Shown in pieces: positions 50,863-64,000 of a stretch of 64,000 bases of DNA. Position 1 is the stretch's first letter, and the number at the start of each line of letters is the position of its first letter. The position numbers and the translations under genes were made by a program. The notes beneath the pieces were generated by a model. It saw nothing but the letters and a program-made list of their open reading frames with translations, was not told the DNA's origin and did not search any database. The stretch spans positions 14,386,001 to 14,450,000 of the forward strand of contig CM052816.1 of the NCBI GenBank assembly GCA_028534125.1. Reading direction: 5' to 3'. Origin of the DNA: Lama glama. Its lineage: Eukaryota.

Positions 50863-53800
50863 GGAAAAACAGTGGCTCATTATCCTATTTGGACCTGTCA
50901 AGAGGGAGGAGGGAAGAATAAGAGTGAGGGCTCTGTCATCCAGCCCCTGGCCAGGGTCATGCTGGGCCTGGACAGGAGGGTGCACAGTTAGGGAGGCAAT
51001 GATGGACATGTGTACTCTTGACCCCCCTCCTCTAGTGCTACATTATCAAATGATCTGCTTCTCAGCTGGAAAATTGGGGCTAAGAAAAGCATGAGTATTT
51101 ATAGAGCTTTAATGCAGCCAGGCACCTTTCTTTACAATAGGATTCAATTTAATTTCCCCACAACCCTGGTGGGGAGGTGTATTATCCCCATTTCACAGAC
51201 AAGGCCATGAGGCTTGGAGAGGCTAAGTGTCTTGCTCAAGATCAAGCAGAGAGTAGAGGGAGAGCCACGAATTGGAACCAGGCTTATCTAATACCAAACC
51301 CATGACCTTGACTTGACACTAGACTGCCAGCCAACGAAAGGAAAGGAAAAGCCCCCATTGGTGAGCTTTTGCCAGGAGCGTACTTGCCTGAAATCCCCTC
51401 AAGAAACACTGGTGGAAAGAACATTTCCAAAGCCGTTCAGGCTTCGGCATCTCTGCTCTCCCAAGCTCAGAGTGAGAGGGGCTTGGATCTGACCGGATGC
51501 AGGCTGAGCCTCTGCAGACTCCTGTCCTTTCCCAGCAAGCAGCCCTTCAGGTACAGACCCACCATTTGTGGGTAAATTTTCCTCTGTCACAGCACTGAAT
51601 TCAGGCCCTAGAGGACAGTGTGTGAATTGGATCTATGAAATTGACACTGACAGCAGGAAACTGTCCAGGGGAAGGAGTAAAAAAAAAAAAAGTACATATT
51701 TTCCCAAGGCTCGGCCTTATCATTTTCCTGGAAATTTCCAAGCAGTAATTCAGCTTCTCTATAGCATGGGGGCTCTCCTGGACAATGAAAGCAAAAATTC
51801 CTTTCTGTGCCTCTCCTTTTGTCTTTTTTTTGGAGCTCAGTACTCATGTTCACTGTCCACAGAAATAGGCCAATCATACTCCCAACTAGGGATAATGAAA
51901 ATCTTCCACACCTGGAAGGCAGTGAGTCATCAGTATTGTTTTCCCATTTTACAGATGAGGAAAATGAGGCCTCCAACAGTTAAGTGCTTCAGGAGCGAGG
52001 TCTCCAGGTGTCTGATCATGTCACTCCAGGTCAGAGGAATCTCTTTACAAGATCTGTGATTTTCAAGCTGTTGGGTTCCCCAAGTCAATGAAACGGGCCG
52101 GGGGAGACTAAGCAGGTGGGGTCTCCAGCCTGACCAGCCAGGTACCTGGCACAAGGCAACACTTGATGAATACTTGTTGAATGGAGGAACAAATGAATAA
52201 ATAGGTAAAATAAATTTTACAGGGTAAATCGGTAAATAAATTTTCTCTATATTGGAGCTCCAGGTAAGACTTTAGTAGAAAAAAAAAGAAAAAAAGATTC
52301 CATTTTGTAAAAGCAAAGTCTGAAAACCATAGCACTAGAGTAGAGAGTGCCGACCACCCTCCCCCTACCAATTACTGGTAGGTTTCCAGTGCAGAGCTGA
52401 TGTTGGGAGGTGAGGGAAGAAGAGATGGGGAGAGGATGCAATCGCAGGAAACTGAATCAGGGCTGGCAACCAGGTCACTGCCTGACCCTAGTTCAAAAGT
52501 CCTAAATCTGTAGTCTTTGGACCCTCTGAATACCAGGCAAAACTTTGTGTCCAGGCATTCTTCCAGGTAGAAGATCCAGAGTCATCAGATTTTTCCAAGG
52601 AACATGTGACCTATAAAAAGTTAAGCAGCACTGCTCTAAGTCACTATCTAAACCTCCACAGACACGGGCAATTTTAGTCACAAGGAGCCTGAACATTTTA
52701 TAACCAAGGAAATGGCAAAACAACAAGGGCTGACTGGCCCAGAGCCACATGGCAGGCTGGTGGCAGGGCTGGGATCTGCATCTGAGATTCAGTATGATGT
52801 TCTTTCTAATGTATCAAGGATTCTTAGCCCAGGGTCCTTGTTTGGGCTTCAGGATCCTGCTGAATTGCATGCAAAATTGGGAGGATGCGCATTTTTCTCT
52901 GGGAGGGAGTCAGTGCTTTCATCTGATTCTCAAAGGGGTCTGTGACCTAAATAAGATTAAGGACCACTGTGATCCTCTATTCCCTGCAGAACCCAGAGAA
53001 CTCATGGGTAGAGCTGTCCCTGTTCTGAGAAAACCGACCTTTGATCAGGGCGGGGGTGTATGGACGGGAGAGTTGGTGCTCCGGCCGGCACCTTGCAAAC
53101 CCTCCTAGCTGGCTGATATCAGCCCTTCCCCCAATAACCAGCTGAGAGTGAGACAGTGCATATGGTGACAGAACTGAGTGTGCTGAACAGGAAGCTTACA
53201 GAAACTTCTTGACATCAGCCAAGATGTCAGAGCTGAGACTTTGGACATGTTCAAAACAGTTTCCACCAAGATGGGCTCTGTCCCCTGGGAGACTGAAGGA
53301 GCAGGCGAGCCAGCGAGCACTCAGTTAAACGTCGTCTTAATTTGGAAAACGCAGAGGGACATTTTTTTTTTTTAATCAATAGTCAGCCGTTCTCCAGCAC
53401 CAGGAGTGCAATGCAGTGCTTACTCGGAGCCCGGGGGCAGTTCCGAGATTGACAGGCAGCCTCTGAGTTTGCCATCCAGCTTCAGCTTGGTGGCTCACTG
53501 ACCCTACCTCTCCTCTGACTGAAACAAGAGTGAGATGGCAACCACTATCCTTGGGATCCTGGAGGGAACCAAATCCCCAAAATGAGAAGACAGGAGCGGG
53601 GAGGGAGGAGTTCTAACACAGGCTCAGCCTGGCACATGGTGTGTACCTAGAAAATAGGTCAGCGTTTTCCAGTCCCGACTGAGTACTGGGCGCAGTGTAA
53701 TGGGTGGGGGGAGGGGAGGCCTGATCAGCAATGCTCATTCAACAAACATTTTGTATTTATTGAGCAATTCCTACAGGGCAGGAGAGGCACTAGGAATAGC

Positions 53801-56800
53801 AGTGGTGATTGGGGGATACACAACCATTCATTCAACAAATATTTAAAGCACCTCTAAGGTGCTGGGTAGGCTGGGGGCTGGGTGGAGAGAGGACAAAGCT
53901 GAGAATCACTCATTCACTGAATAAATACTGACTAAACATTTACTAGGTACCCCGCCCTGTATCAGCACGAAGATATAATGAACCTCATTCCCACCATCGT
54001 GTCAGCGCTCCCTGAAAACAGCATCTCCAAACGAGGAAACCGAGGTGGCAGAGCCTCACACAAAGATCTCACTGTTGAAGACACCAGGGCTCGAACCTGG
54101 GGTCATCCTGACTCAGGCTGGCCCTGCTGAATGCGGCCACCTCCCTGGCCTCCCCTCACATTTCCTTTCAGGGCACGGACAATGTGTCATTAATGATGGG
54201 ATTTTAATGGCACAAGCACAGCAGTTCCAGGGTCTGCCGAGGAGGCCTGTCCCCTGGGGCTGAATGGAGACTGCAGGGACTGAACAGCCGGGGAGTTTTG
54301 GTCCCTCAACAGCATCTCTCTCACAACTCTTGCATCCTTCCTGCTCCACAACGAAAGCTTAAAAATACCCAACCTCCACATGTGGCACCCTAAATTGGCT
54401 CAGCACTTCACTTCTAACGACTAAGGGGGAGGGAGAGCCTTATCTGACCATCAACACTGGAGGCCCAGTGTCCCCGGACTGTCTGAACTGCCCCTTGGCC
54501 CCAGGCACAGCCAGGAGGAAGTGCTCATCGGAGGACCCCAAGTGACAACAGGAGGGGAAGAGCTGACGAGTGGGGAGGGCAAGAAGTGACATTTTACACA
54601 GAGGGTGCCCCAGGAAGTTTCATCGACAATTTGCGGGGACCCGGGCTCTGTGCCCGACTCTTCAAGGGAAGCACTGGGTTAACCGAGTTCTTTATGGCCG
54701 GACTTCTTGGAACCTTGAATATGTTGATGTGCATTGTGAATCTATAAAAGGGGGTTGTCTAGTGCAACATTTCCCAAACTTATTCGACCACAGAAACCTT
54801 TTTTTTTAACCCCAGAGAGATTAGTGCACTGCTCAGCTTAAAAAAAAAAAACCTGAGCTTTAACCAATGTGTATTGAGCCCCTACCTGCACAACTGGGCC
54901 TCGTGCTAACCACTGAGGATACCGAAGTCCAACGTCCATACTTCTCAGGAGCCGTCTGTGGGGGTGAGGCCAGTGTGTGGGGCAGCCCTGGAAATGGAGC
55001 AGGGGGGTCCTAGAGCTAGAGGAAGCTTAGGGCTGTAGCAGGAAGGTGCTGGGAAAAGTGGGGCGAGACCACCAGAGGCCGGGGGCAGCAGAGAAGGAAA
55101 TGCAGACAACTCCCCTCCGCAAACCCTCCCCTCTTTGGGCTGGGCATGCTAAGTGGTCTTTCCCATTTGAACAGTCCCCAGTGGGGTTGGTCCTCAGTCC
55201 CTCCCACCCGCTACCTCCACCATATCTCTGCTATTGAACTTGGGCTAACATCCAGAAGCCAGGGAACAGCTCTGCACAAATTCAGTAATTGGAGTCATTA
55301 GCGTTGACTCAGAAATCATTTTTTTCTATGTCTCTTTCTTGGAGAAGCTTTTAAGACCCTTTAAATTGGTTAATGGAGAGTTTAAAGATGAAGATGGAGC
55401 CTCAGCTTTCAGCTTCCGCGGCCTGTCTCCCTGGCTTTCCCCAACACACTCAAGGGCAAGAGAGATGAGATAATCCAGGATCTGTTTTATTAAGCTCACA
55501 TCTATTTCTGGCACACCTTTCACAAACGAGGGTCTCAAAATCTACACACTCCTGCTCCAAGACTCTGGGGGCTCAATCTCCATTTACCCCCTCCTATCGG
55601 CAGGACAATAACAACACCTTCACATAAAATGACAGTGAGAACTGTTGCAAAAGAGCCTGGGCCAGGCATCAGGCGGCTGGGGTCCTAGTCCTGGCCTGGT
55701 GACTCATAAAGCCACGTAACCATGGGCATCACTCTGCCTCCTCAGGCCTAAGTGAGCACCAAGGTCCTTTCTGCAGTGAAATGCCCCACATCCGCCCGCA
55801 GCGGGGGAGGGTAGGCTGCTGCCCTTGGTCTACAACTGAGGAAGCAACACAGGGAATCAGGCCACTGCTTCAAGGTGACGTGGCCAGAACCTGGGCGTTC
55901 ATATACTTTCCTCTTCTTTACAGTGCTGGGCAGGGACTTAAGGTTCTTTGGGAAGGTGGGTGGATACGTGGCCTCTTTGGAACTCAAGTCGAGGTATTTC
56001 TCTGAGGCTCCACAGGATCCATCTTCAGGGCTGAGTGAAGGGTGGAGGTCTGAAAAAGTCAAGCAGTTACATCAGGCATGTACGCCCTAAACTCCTTCCT
56101 TCCAACTCAGAGGGGAAGTGGAGACAATCACGAATCCACTGGGGATGAACAAAAGCCACCTGATTCTGTATTTCCCGGGTTTTAGCCTTTCATGGAACCA
56201 CCTGACGACTTCTGCCACCTCTCTGGATCTGTGCTCCCCTTTTACACAATGTCACAAGGTTTTTCTCTAACTTGATACACTATTTTTCATATCTGTGAAA
56301 CTATAATATGCTAATCAAGTTTTTTAATGATATATATTAAGTATACAACTAGTAAAATAAAAAACCTTTAAACTGAAAAAGAAGAAAAGAAAAGAAAATA
56401 ATAAAAACCCCAAGTATCACCCCAAATCCTCTTGTGAACCACAGGAGGCACATACATCAGATACTGGCAAAACATGTGGTCTAAGCCTGAGGAAACCGAG
56501 GCATGGCCAGGGTAAAGGGGAGTGATTTGCTCAAAGACAAAGGTGAAGGCAAGGACCAGGGTCTCTGGATCCTTAAGTAAAGGTTTTCACAGGTCACGGA
56601 ACAAATCCTTTTTACGTAGACCAGAAATGACCTTGAATGCATTCACTGCTCATTTGTGAGGCTACAACTAGGGGAAACCGTCAAAGTCACTTATTAGCTA
56701 TGCACTTGAATTTGCTTGAGAACCTGATCTCCTACTGGAATTTCCACCCTGGAGAGGGATACCAACACCCGATTTTTGTTGCCATCCCACCCCCTCCATG

Positions 56801-56856
56801 CCCGCCTCACCCCCCAGCACCAGTGAGACGTACCAGTGACTGTGTTTTATCTCACC

Positions 56857-57095
56857 TTAGCCAAAACCCAGTCTGACGAGACTCCTTTCCAAGGGGTATG
56901 CATGGTGGGGGACAGCCCTGCTGGGGGCTCCGGGCCTGGCTCTGAGATGCCTGCTTCTATAGAGGAGGTCAAGGTTCCCTGTGCTCGAGGCGTGTGGCAG
57001 GCACGAGGCTCCTGCCAGCAGGGTGTTCAGGCTGCAGAGGGATGGGCTGGAAAATGACTTCGATCCTCTAACTGCCAGCTCGCTGGGTCCCGGGG
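56857..57095 (-). CDS. DELE1: DELE1 last coding exon (PGPSEL...VRLGFG*)
   Basis: Acceptor ctcgcag|CC; TAA at 56859-56857. Confidence 0.93.
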
Positions 57096-59205
57096 CTGCG
57101 AGGAGAGGGGAGAGCAACTCTTATTCACGCTGCGTTCCTGGACTCTGACTTCGGAGAAGGGCCTCCTTAAAGGACTTGGTTCCCTGGCATTGTTAACCCA
57201 GGCCAGCCCAAGTGACTCAGGAGTCAGCAGGGCTCCTAGAGCCCTAGGTGGGGAAGTCAGAGCACTGAGGCAGCCTCAGGATAGTGTCTCTCCTGACAAA
57301 TCATCAGAGCAGCTACCATTTTTTCAATGCTGACTGTGCGCCAGGCTGTGCTAAGCCCTTTGCTGTCATCCCAGTGAATCCTGCAAATGAATGAATTTCC
57401 AGACGTGAAGAAACAGAGGTGCAAACCAGAGCCTTTGCAGATGCAAAGATGAAGCCCAAGTTCAGTGACCGAGCAGGGGTGAAAACTCAGGTTGGGTTGG
57501 TCTGGGGCAGGAAGTGACAAGGAGACCGAGGGCTCCTGCCACCCCCTTCTGTGTCACAGGGTACTGAGCTCCGAGGAGGGACCTGCTGGCTTTGACTCTC
57601 ATCTGTACCTGCTGCCTCCATGGAAAAGAGGGTCTGCAGCCTCTCCTGGGCGGGCACGTTCCCCAGAGCTGCTGACTGCTGGTAACATCTCATGGCCTCT
57701 CCCAGATTCCTCTGCACACCAAGGCCCTTCTCATAACAAATTCCCAAGTGGTACCTGCTCTGTGAGTCCTAAAAGAGAAGATGGACAGACACACAGATGC
57801 ACACTCATGCAGGACTGGAGAACTGAACCACTGAGGCAGGAGAAAGGCGCAGAAGTCAGACATGCCTGCGCTTCATCCCTGCAGGGTCAGGCCCAGCCCC
57901 GACCCTCCCTGGACCAAGGGATCTTAGCTACGAAGAGCCGGAGGCCCAGAGCTCGCCCAGCAAAGGAGACAGGGATCTTTCCACCCAGGGAGATTCTGGC
58001 CAGAGCAGTGAGGGAGCTTCTCTTCCTGAGGATGGCACTGAAGGGGTGAAGGCTGCAGGAAGCACTCAGCCCTGCTATGGGAGCCCAGGGAGCCAGGCTC
58101 CTACGTTATCCTGAAAGAGTCAGGAGCAAGGGTGGAGGCTCGGCCTCTGAAGACCTTATATGCCTTCCTGAATCTCTACCGAGAGGGCTACAGAACATAC
58201 ATTACAGAGAACTCGCTCTTCTCCTTTGAAAGGTTAAAAGGCTAATCGCTTTGCCCTGTGCCCTGGACCCTCTCTCCCCTCTCACTGAGAACTGGGCTCC
58301 TCGGAGATGCGGTATCCGGCAGGGATTAGGAGCCCCACCTCTACAGCCAGACCGCCTGGGTTCCAAGCTTGGCTCCACCACTTACCAGCTGTGTACCCTC
58401 AGTCATGTTACTCTATGTCTCTGTGCCTCAGTTTCCTCACCTGTAAAGTGGGTATAATAATAGCACCTACTTTATTACATCATTGTGAGGATTAAGTGTG
58501 TCAATATGTGGAAAGCGCTTAGATTAGTTATTATTTTCATACCTTTAGTCGCCCATATCACTGATCTCTCCCTCTCTGTGATAAATATTTTCATTATATT
58601 CAATCTTCTAACCATGCTTCTGTTTCTCTTCTACCTTCTATAGTCAAATTTCTGGAAAGAGTTTCTGTAACATGTAGGCCAAAGCCTATATGATAAAAAT
58701 GGTGGACTCCTGGCTACAGGTCGACTTAGAACCCAGCACTGGACATTTGTAAGGCCAAACACCCACCCTGCTGGGTACTGTTATACAACATCCCTTTGCG
58801 CACGTTTCCTCCTGGCAGGCTGGGTGACTAAAGCAGGCCAGGGTGCCCCAGGCTTGTCCCCGGACATGGTCACAAGGCCCATTCAGCCCAAGGAAAGCTG
58901 TGGGGCTCTTTCAAGGAAAGATAGGCAAAGAGGCTGGTAGCCCTTTTGACGGCTACTGCAGATACTTTGGGCAACACAGAGTGAAAAAGGAGAAGTATTC
59001 TGATGTCCAAGGGTTCAACGAAGCTATCACTGTGTTGGCCAGAAAACAAGGAGAAGTTGCAGCCCCACTGCAGGGACAGTCTAGAACATGCACATTGCTG
59101 GCTTTAATCCAGGGCTCCTGGTCCTTCAAGATACAACTCAAAAAATATACTGGTGTTCATGTAATTGTCCCATTGTAAACTGATTATACTTCACTAAAAA
59201 AAAAA

Positions 59206-59248
<43 letters not shown>

Positions 59249-61415
59249 CACACACACATATATATATACTGGTCACACCAGAAACTAATTCAACATTGTA
59301 AGTCAACTATACTTCAATAAAAAATATAAGGATACATATACTGCTCAGAGACACCTGAGGATACAACAAACTCACAGATGTCTTTTCAGTGATTCACACT
59401 GACATAAAGGTCTGAGATTCCCTACATTAAAGGTCCCTCTTTAACTCATTATTTCCTGAGCCCATCTGACCATTTTTTCCTTGTATTACTTGTAAACAGC
59501 CCATGGAACTAATGTTCTGTGTAACAAACTCTGGGTCACACTGCCTGGGTGAGGTCAACCCCCCGTTCATGGACATGCAGACATCCTCCCCCCACCGAAC
59601 TGCTCACTGTCTTCACCTCACGGCTTGACTTCCCCGGACAAGGTCACTTGTGATGGGTGTACCTTTCAGGTGTACAGTATACAAAGTGCTTTCACACTTA
59701 TTATCTCAGTTAGATTTTGATCCTCACAACAACCTTGTGAAGTAGTAGCCAGGTAAGGCAGGCATTATTATCCTGATTTTAGAGACAAGGAAAATAAGAA
59801 GTGACCAGCCCAGTAGTATGCTAGTAAAAGTTAAACAACCCGCTCTTCACGGGAAAAAGCCCTGCTTTGTAGCATTTGGCGATTTCTGTGGTGCAGATGC
59901 TCCTCTTATAGCTGATATCAAGCTACTGACAATACTCACAGGCTGGCGCGAGCCAGCCCCCGCACACCACGAGAGCCACCCAAGGGGCACACGTAAGTCA
60001 GGGAGAGTTACTAAGGTTTGAAGCTGGCCCAGTGCTCCTATTAACTGTCTCCTAAGCCCAGCAGAACTCAGTACCAGTTCCAAAATCCCCTTCCTTTATC
60101 AGACTTGATCCCCCACATGCCTGGAGTCTGGAGATCTCATACCCCATTGTTGGCTGCGAGCCAAAGATATTTCACGGCTCTCTGCTCGTCCAGGTACGGT
60201 TCCTTGGTGAAAAGCACCCCGAGGAAAGCTTGGGCCTGTGGTCAAGGAGGAAGGAAAAAGGTACCTTGGTCACTGCTAGGCCTCACATGGTCCCTGGGAG
60301 GCCCCACCTCCCAGGTGCCCAGGACCCACCGCACCAATGGCAGTCACCTCTCTCAAGCCTGAGTCTGCAGCCTGCTTCAGCATGGACACTGCCCTCTGCC
60401 GCTCGGGGTCCCACGAGGAGGCTGGGTCTTGCAGCAGGCACCTGGCATAGCGGTACTGAGCCAGGCTGTGGCCCTGGCCGGCAGCCAACTGGTAATAAAG
60501 GGCTGCCTGGGCAAAGGGAGAAACAGACAGTCTACTGGTAACTTTTTTGGGGAAGGAAATGTTAGAAACTTATTTTAATTAAGTACTACATAATCATTAC
60601 AGATAAGTCAGAAAATACAGATAAGTCGAAAAGAAAAACATAAAATTCCAAGAAATCTTGCCTCTTAAAGATTATTCTCTGTGCACATTTTAGTGTATAG
60701 CCTTGCACATTTCTTCCCATATATACTATATGTATTTACATATATATGCATATACATTATGTGTGTGGGGGGGAGAGAGAACCACACTCACTATTTTAGA
60801 ACCAATTTTTTTCACTTAATGATACACCATGAATATCTTTCCCTGCAAATAAATATAGATCTAGCCCATCATTTTTAAGGCTCACATAGATGTTACTAAC
60901 CAATCCTCTACTGAAGGAACTTCAAGTTGCTTTCTTTTTTCTTTTGGCCATCATATACAATTCTAAGAAATACATTCTCAAATATAACATCTTTGTGTAC
61001 TCATCCTACATTTTGGGATTAATTAATCTATTCATCAAGGTAATGTTTTGGTTGTGAAGATAATAGCTGCAAAGAAGAAAGGCAAGGTCCCTGGTCTCCC
61101 GGAATTTTGAATCTAAATTCCTAGAAGCTGGGAGCTTCTTTCTTATTTTCCCCTCCCAATTGGGAGAGAGAAGCTGGACTTTCCCAAGCCCTGCCCACTG
61201 CTCATCTCTGGAGGTCACTCTGGGCAGCGCAGCACAGGGGACGGGCTTTGGGGCAGGGAGGAGGTGCAGTACCTTGTCAAGGTCCCTGGGGGTGCCTCTA
61301 CCATGCTCGTGACATAAGCCCACGTTGTACTGAGCTTTGCTGTAGCCGCGATCTGCTGCTTTCTGGAAGTGAGAAAAGGCAGCCACGTGGTCCCCATCCC
61401 TCATGTTCTCTGTCC
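56857..61415 (-). CDS. DELE1: DELE1 (KIAA0141), 3' part: TPR/Sel1-like repeats and C-terminus; 5' exons lie beyond the window end. join(complement): 61273-61415, 60348-60506, 60143-60235, 57609-57768, 56857-57095
   Basis: Sel1-like repeats ([56 protein letters not shown]) and C-terminus [13 protein letters not shown]. All introns are GT-AG with consistent phases. Confidence 0.95.
57609..57768 (-). CDS. DELE1: DELE1 penultimate exon (DSQSRYHLG...FSMEAA)
   Basis: Acceptor ttttag|GAC; donor CAG|GTACAG; 160 nt. Confidence 0.93.
59206..59268. repeat. Compound (TA)n/(CA)n microsatellite between two very short L1 tails
   Basis: Flanked by cattgtaaactgattatacttca(A)n and caacattgtaagtcaactatacttcaataaaaa. 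Confidence 0.85.
59811..59971. mobile_element. MER63-like hAT element inserted in a MIR
   Basis: Terminal cagtagtatgctag...gcacaccac; internal aaacaacccgctct...aagccctg...tttgtagcatttggcgatttctgtggtg. Confidence 0.65.
60143..60235 (-). CDS. DELE1: DELE1 exon ([31 protein letters not shown])
   Basis: Acceptor cacag|GCC; donor GGG|GTATGA; 93 nt, preceded by a 112-nt intron. Confidence 0.93.
60348..60506 (-). CDS. DELE1: DELE1 exon ([13 protein letters not shown]...DSGLRE)
   Basis: Acceptor gcccag|GCA; donor GAG|GTGACT; 159 nt. Confidence 0.93.
61273..61415 (-). CDS. DELE1: DELE1 exon (TENMRDGDH...TPRDLDK)
   Basis: Acceptor cttacag|GG; donor AAG|GTACTG; 143 nt. Confidence 0.93.
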
Positions 61416-61544
61416 CTGTAAGAAAGCACAGGACATAAACACAGCTTCCTCTGTGAACTTCCCTACATCCTCGGCCAGGTATCCAAAAGCTCCTTCCTTT
61501 CTTTTTTGTGCTAGACATTTTGTATTCCTATCCTCTGAGTATTT

Positions 61545-61936
61545 CACTGGTTTGCCAGAGACACGGTGGGTTCTGCCCTCCTGTACACCATCCTCCTCTA
61601 GGTGACAGCGTCCCAATTTCCCTTTGGGAACAGCCCTCCCCCCAGTGCTGTCAATCAATGCTACCTGCGCTCTTCCCAACCAATGAGACCCTCTTTCGGA
61701 ATCTGAATCTTGATCTGGTTTGGACAGGAGAGAAAACAGCTTCTGCAGGTTTACTGTGACAGCAGCACTCGGAAGATGCTGTCTCTCAGTTACCGCTCCC
61801 TGGATCCCTGCAGCTTCCCTGATTCCTGTTCTTTCTGAGGCTTTGCAGGTTAATAGATTCCAACAGATTCTTTTTGTACTTAGGTGAGCCAGAGTGGGTT
61901 TAGGCTGCTTATAACCAACATAATGTAAGTGATACA
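61545..61936 (+). mobile_element. Old ERVL/MaLR-type solo LTR
   Basis: Ends with ...gagccagagtgggttt...tgcttataaccaa...tgataca, an ERVL-class LTR terminus. Confidence 0.5.
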
Positions 61937-62659
61937 GCTGATGCTGTTCATCTTGTTTTATGAGGAAGCTGAGAGATTAAAAAAGCCATGATCTGAACTC
62001 AGGGATGTCCAGCAATCAAGCCTATGTTCTTTTTATCAGCCAAACAAAAAGGAAAACAGAGAAGGGGCTGGGCATAGCCAACTCTCATCTCAAAGCCTTT
62101 GCTCAGACTATTTCTCCTGCCCGTGATATTTTTCTGCCTCCATCATCAGGCCTTCCCATCCTATTCTGTTCTAGAACCTTCAGACCACACTCAGGCTTTA
62201 AACACTCTTTTGGCACTGACTTAATATACAAGGCTTTTTCTAGGAACTAAACTGTTTCAGGAGTACAAGCCCTGTCCCCTCAATTATACTGTAAAATCCT
62301 GGAGGCAGAAGCAGAAAAAGAGTGTAGAAGAAATAACTCTGCATAGGGTGAAGGCTCTATACAAATGCAAAATATGATTATGGCTTATGCTCCCTTTGTG
62401 TTCTGCCACAGTGCTTAGCACTTACTGAATAAATGAATATGTGTATGAAGGAAGGAATGGGCAAGAAAATTCTCAGAAGAGACTGTCTGCCTATCAAAAT
62501 CACAAAAAGCTAATGAGGTAGAAGCCGGGTACCATTCAGCTAGCAGTGAATTAGTCACCTCCTGTCTGCCTGGAAACTCGTTGTGGAGGGTTCACAGAGC
62601 CCTCCGTCCTTGAGGAGAAGACTTGAGAGGACAAAGGATACCCCGTCCCCATTCCCCAC

Positions 62660-63392
62660 ACTGGGTCCCCGATCCAGCCCCTCTGCCTCTAACCTACACC
62701 AAGTCACCATCGCATTTTGCTTACCTATCAGTACCAGCTCCAATCCAGTCTGTTTCCCCTCTGGCTTCCCTACAATCCACGTCTGTCTACACAACAGCCA
62801 GAGAGATCTTTGAAAAAGTAAATCAGATTATGTGACTAACCTGCTTCCTGCCCCAGCATAAAACCCTCCAATGGCTTCCTGACTCACTTTAAAGATCCAC
62901 ACATCACCGCAGCTCAGGAGGCCTGGTCTGATCTGGCCCCCCCGCTTGCTTCTCTGACTTCATCTCTATTCTTCTGGTGATCACTAAGCTTCAGCCACAC
63001 TCACTTTTCTTTTGTTCCTTTAACAAACAAAACTGCCTGCCTCAGGACCTTTGCACTTGCTGCTCCCCCCTGCTCAGAAAGCTCTTTCTCCAGATGGAAA
63101 CAAGACTGGCTTGTTTTTGTCAGTCAGCTTGAGGATCTTCCCAACCATGAGGCCTTCCAAATCACAGTTGCTCCTTGTCCAAGTCACTAACACATCTCCT
63201 TGTTTAATTTTCCTCATAACATTGAACACCATTTGAAATTTTATTTTTTATTTGTTTGCCAATTTTTTGTTTTCCTCCCCCTCAATACATGTCAGCTGCA
63301 TGAGAGTAAGGACTTTGTCTTATGAATCACTGTATCCTCAATAACTAAACTGGGCCTAGCAGAAGGTGAATGCTTAATCCATTTGTACTGAA
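62660..63392 (+). mobile_element. LINE-2 3' fragment
   Basis: cacaacagccagagagatcttt...aaaaccctccaatggcttcc...cctcaggacctttgcacttgctg...tgaatgaa. Confidence 0.8.
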
Positions 63393-63609
63393 TGAACCCC
63401 AGCCTCTCACCCACCTGCCCACTAGACTCCAACAGATGCTGCTGGGAGTCTGGGTCTCCATATGAGAAGGTCTGAAACAAGCCAAGTCACTGCAGAGAAC
63501 AGGACAAATAGTAGAGGGGCATCTAGAGTCTCTAGATGTGGGCAAGGAAGTGCTCCTATTCATGTACTTGATGGCCTGTTTCACACCTCAGGAGTCTGTT
63601 CCTGCCTAA

Positions 63610-64000
63610 GTGTGGCAGATAATGCAAGGTGTCCTCCAAGATTTATCTTCTCCTCCTTACACAGTAACCGAATTTTCAGGGAACTGTAATCAATCAGCTA
63701 AAGACATTTCCCAGGTTCCTTGTGATTAGGATGGCCGTAAGTCTTCATTCAGGACAATGATCTGTGCAACTTCTATGCTGGGAAGGAGGGGTCCTTTAGC
63801 TTTCCCACACCTCCCCTTCTAGCTGGCTAGAATTTCAATAGGAGGCAAACCGGACCTTGAGATGGAAACCCATTTTAAGAATGGCAGAACCATCTGACTG
63901 AAAATAGGTCGCTGACACCACTGTGCCACCATGGTCTACCCATCTGAGAGAAAATAAACTCTCTCTTGTGTAAGCCACTCCCTACCCCGACTCTGTTTGA
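63610..64000 (+). mobile_element. MaLR (MLT1-type) LTR
   Basis: cagctaaagacatttcccagg...gagagaaaataaactctctcttgtgtaagccact. Confidence 0.6.

Noticed and set aside
53300..56850. DELE1 polyadenylation site
   Set aside because: There are several candidate hexamers on the minus strand (for example 55486-55491 and near 53370), and I cannot choose between them from sequence alone.
63292..63689. ORFs near the window end as a possible further DELE1 exon
   Set aside because: They do not resemble the expected preceding DELE1 segment (...LSVSIAFNFL) and overlap L2/LTR sequence; that exon should lie beyond 64000.

Overview
Mammalian genomic DNA, most likely a camelid, judged from a tRNA-Ala-derived Vic-1-type SINE and cetartiodactyl-type L1 tails. 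The window covers the conserved GNPDA1-RNF14-PCDH12-DELE1 block. It holds the probable 3' end of GNPDA1 (+, inferred from synteny) and the complete RNF14 gene (-, 7 coding exons, 474 aa RWD-RBR E3 ligase, CpG-island promoter at about 25.0-25.9 kb). It also holds the complete PCDH12 coding sequence (+, 4 coding exons, 1200 aa) and the last five coding exons of DELE1 (-). All exon boundaries were read from the sequence, are GT-AG and keep frame. The rest is ordinary L1, L2, MIR, hAT and LTR repeat debris, and almost all short ORFs in the track are spurious. I found no convincing new biological system. The best leads are an apparent stop-loss extending PCDH12 by 16 aa, a uORF-packed non-coding RNF14 exon, a 0.76 kb local templated duplication inserted into an L1, a CpG-rich possible internal promoter before PCDH12 exon 4, and PBX-HOX/MEIS and CTCF motif clusters. 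Comparisons with human are from memory and need database confirmation. Repeat boundaries are approximate.
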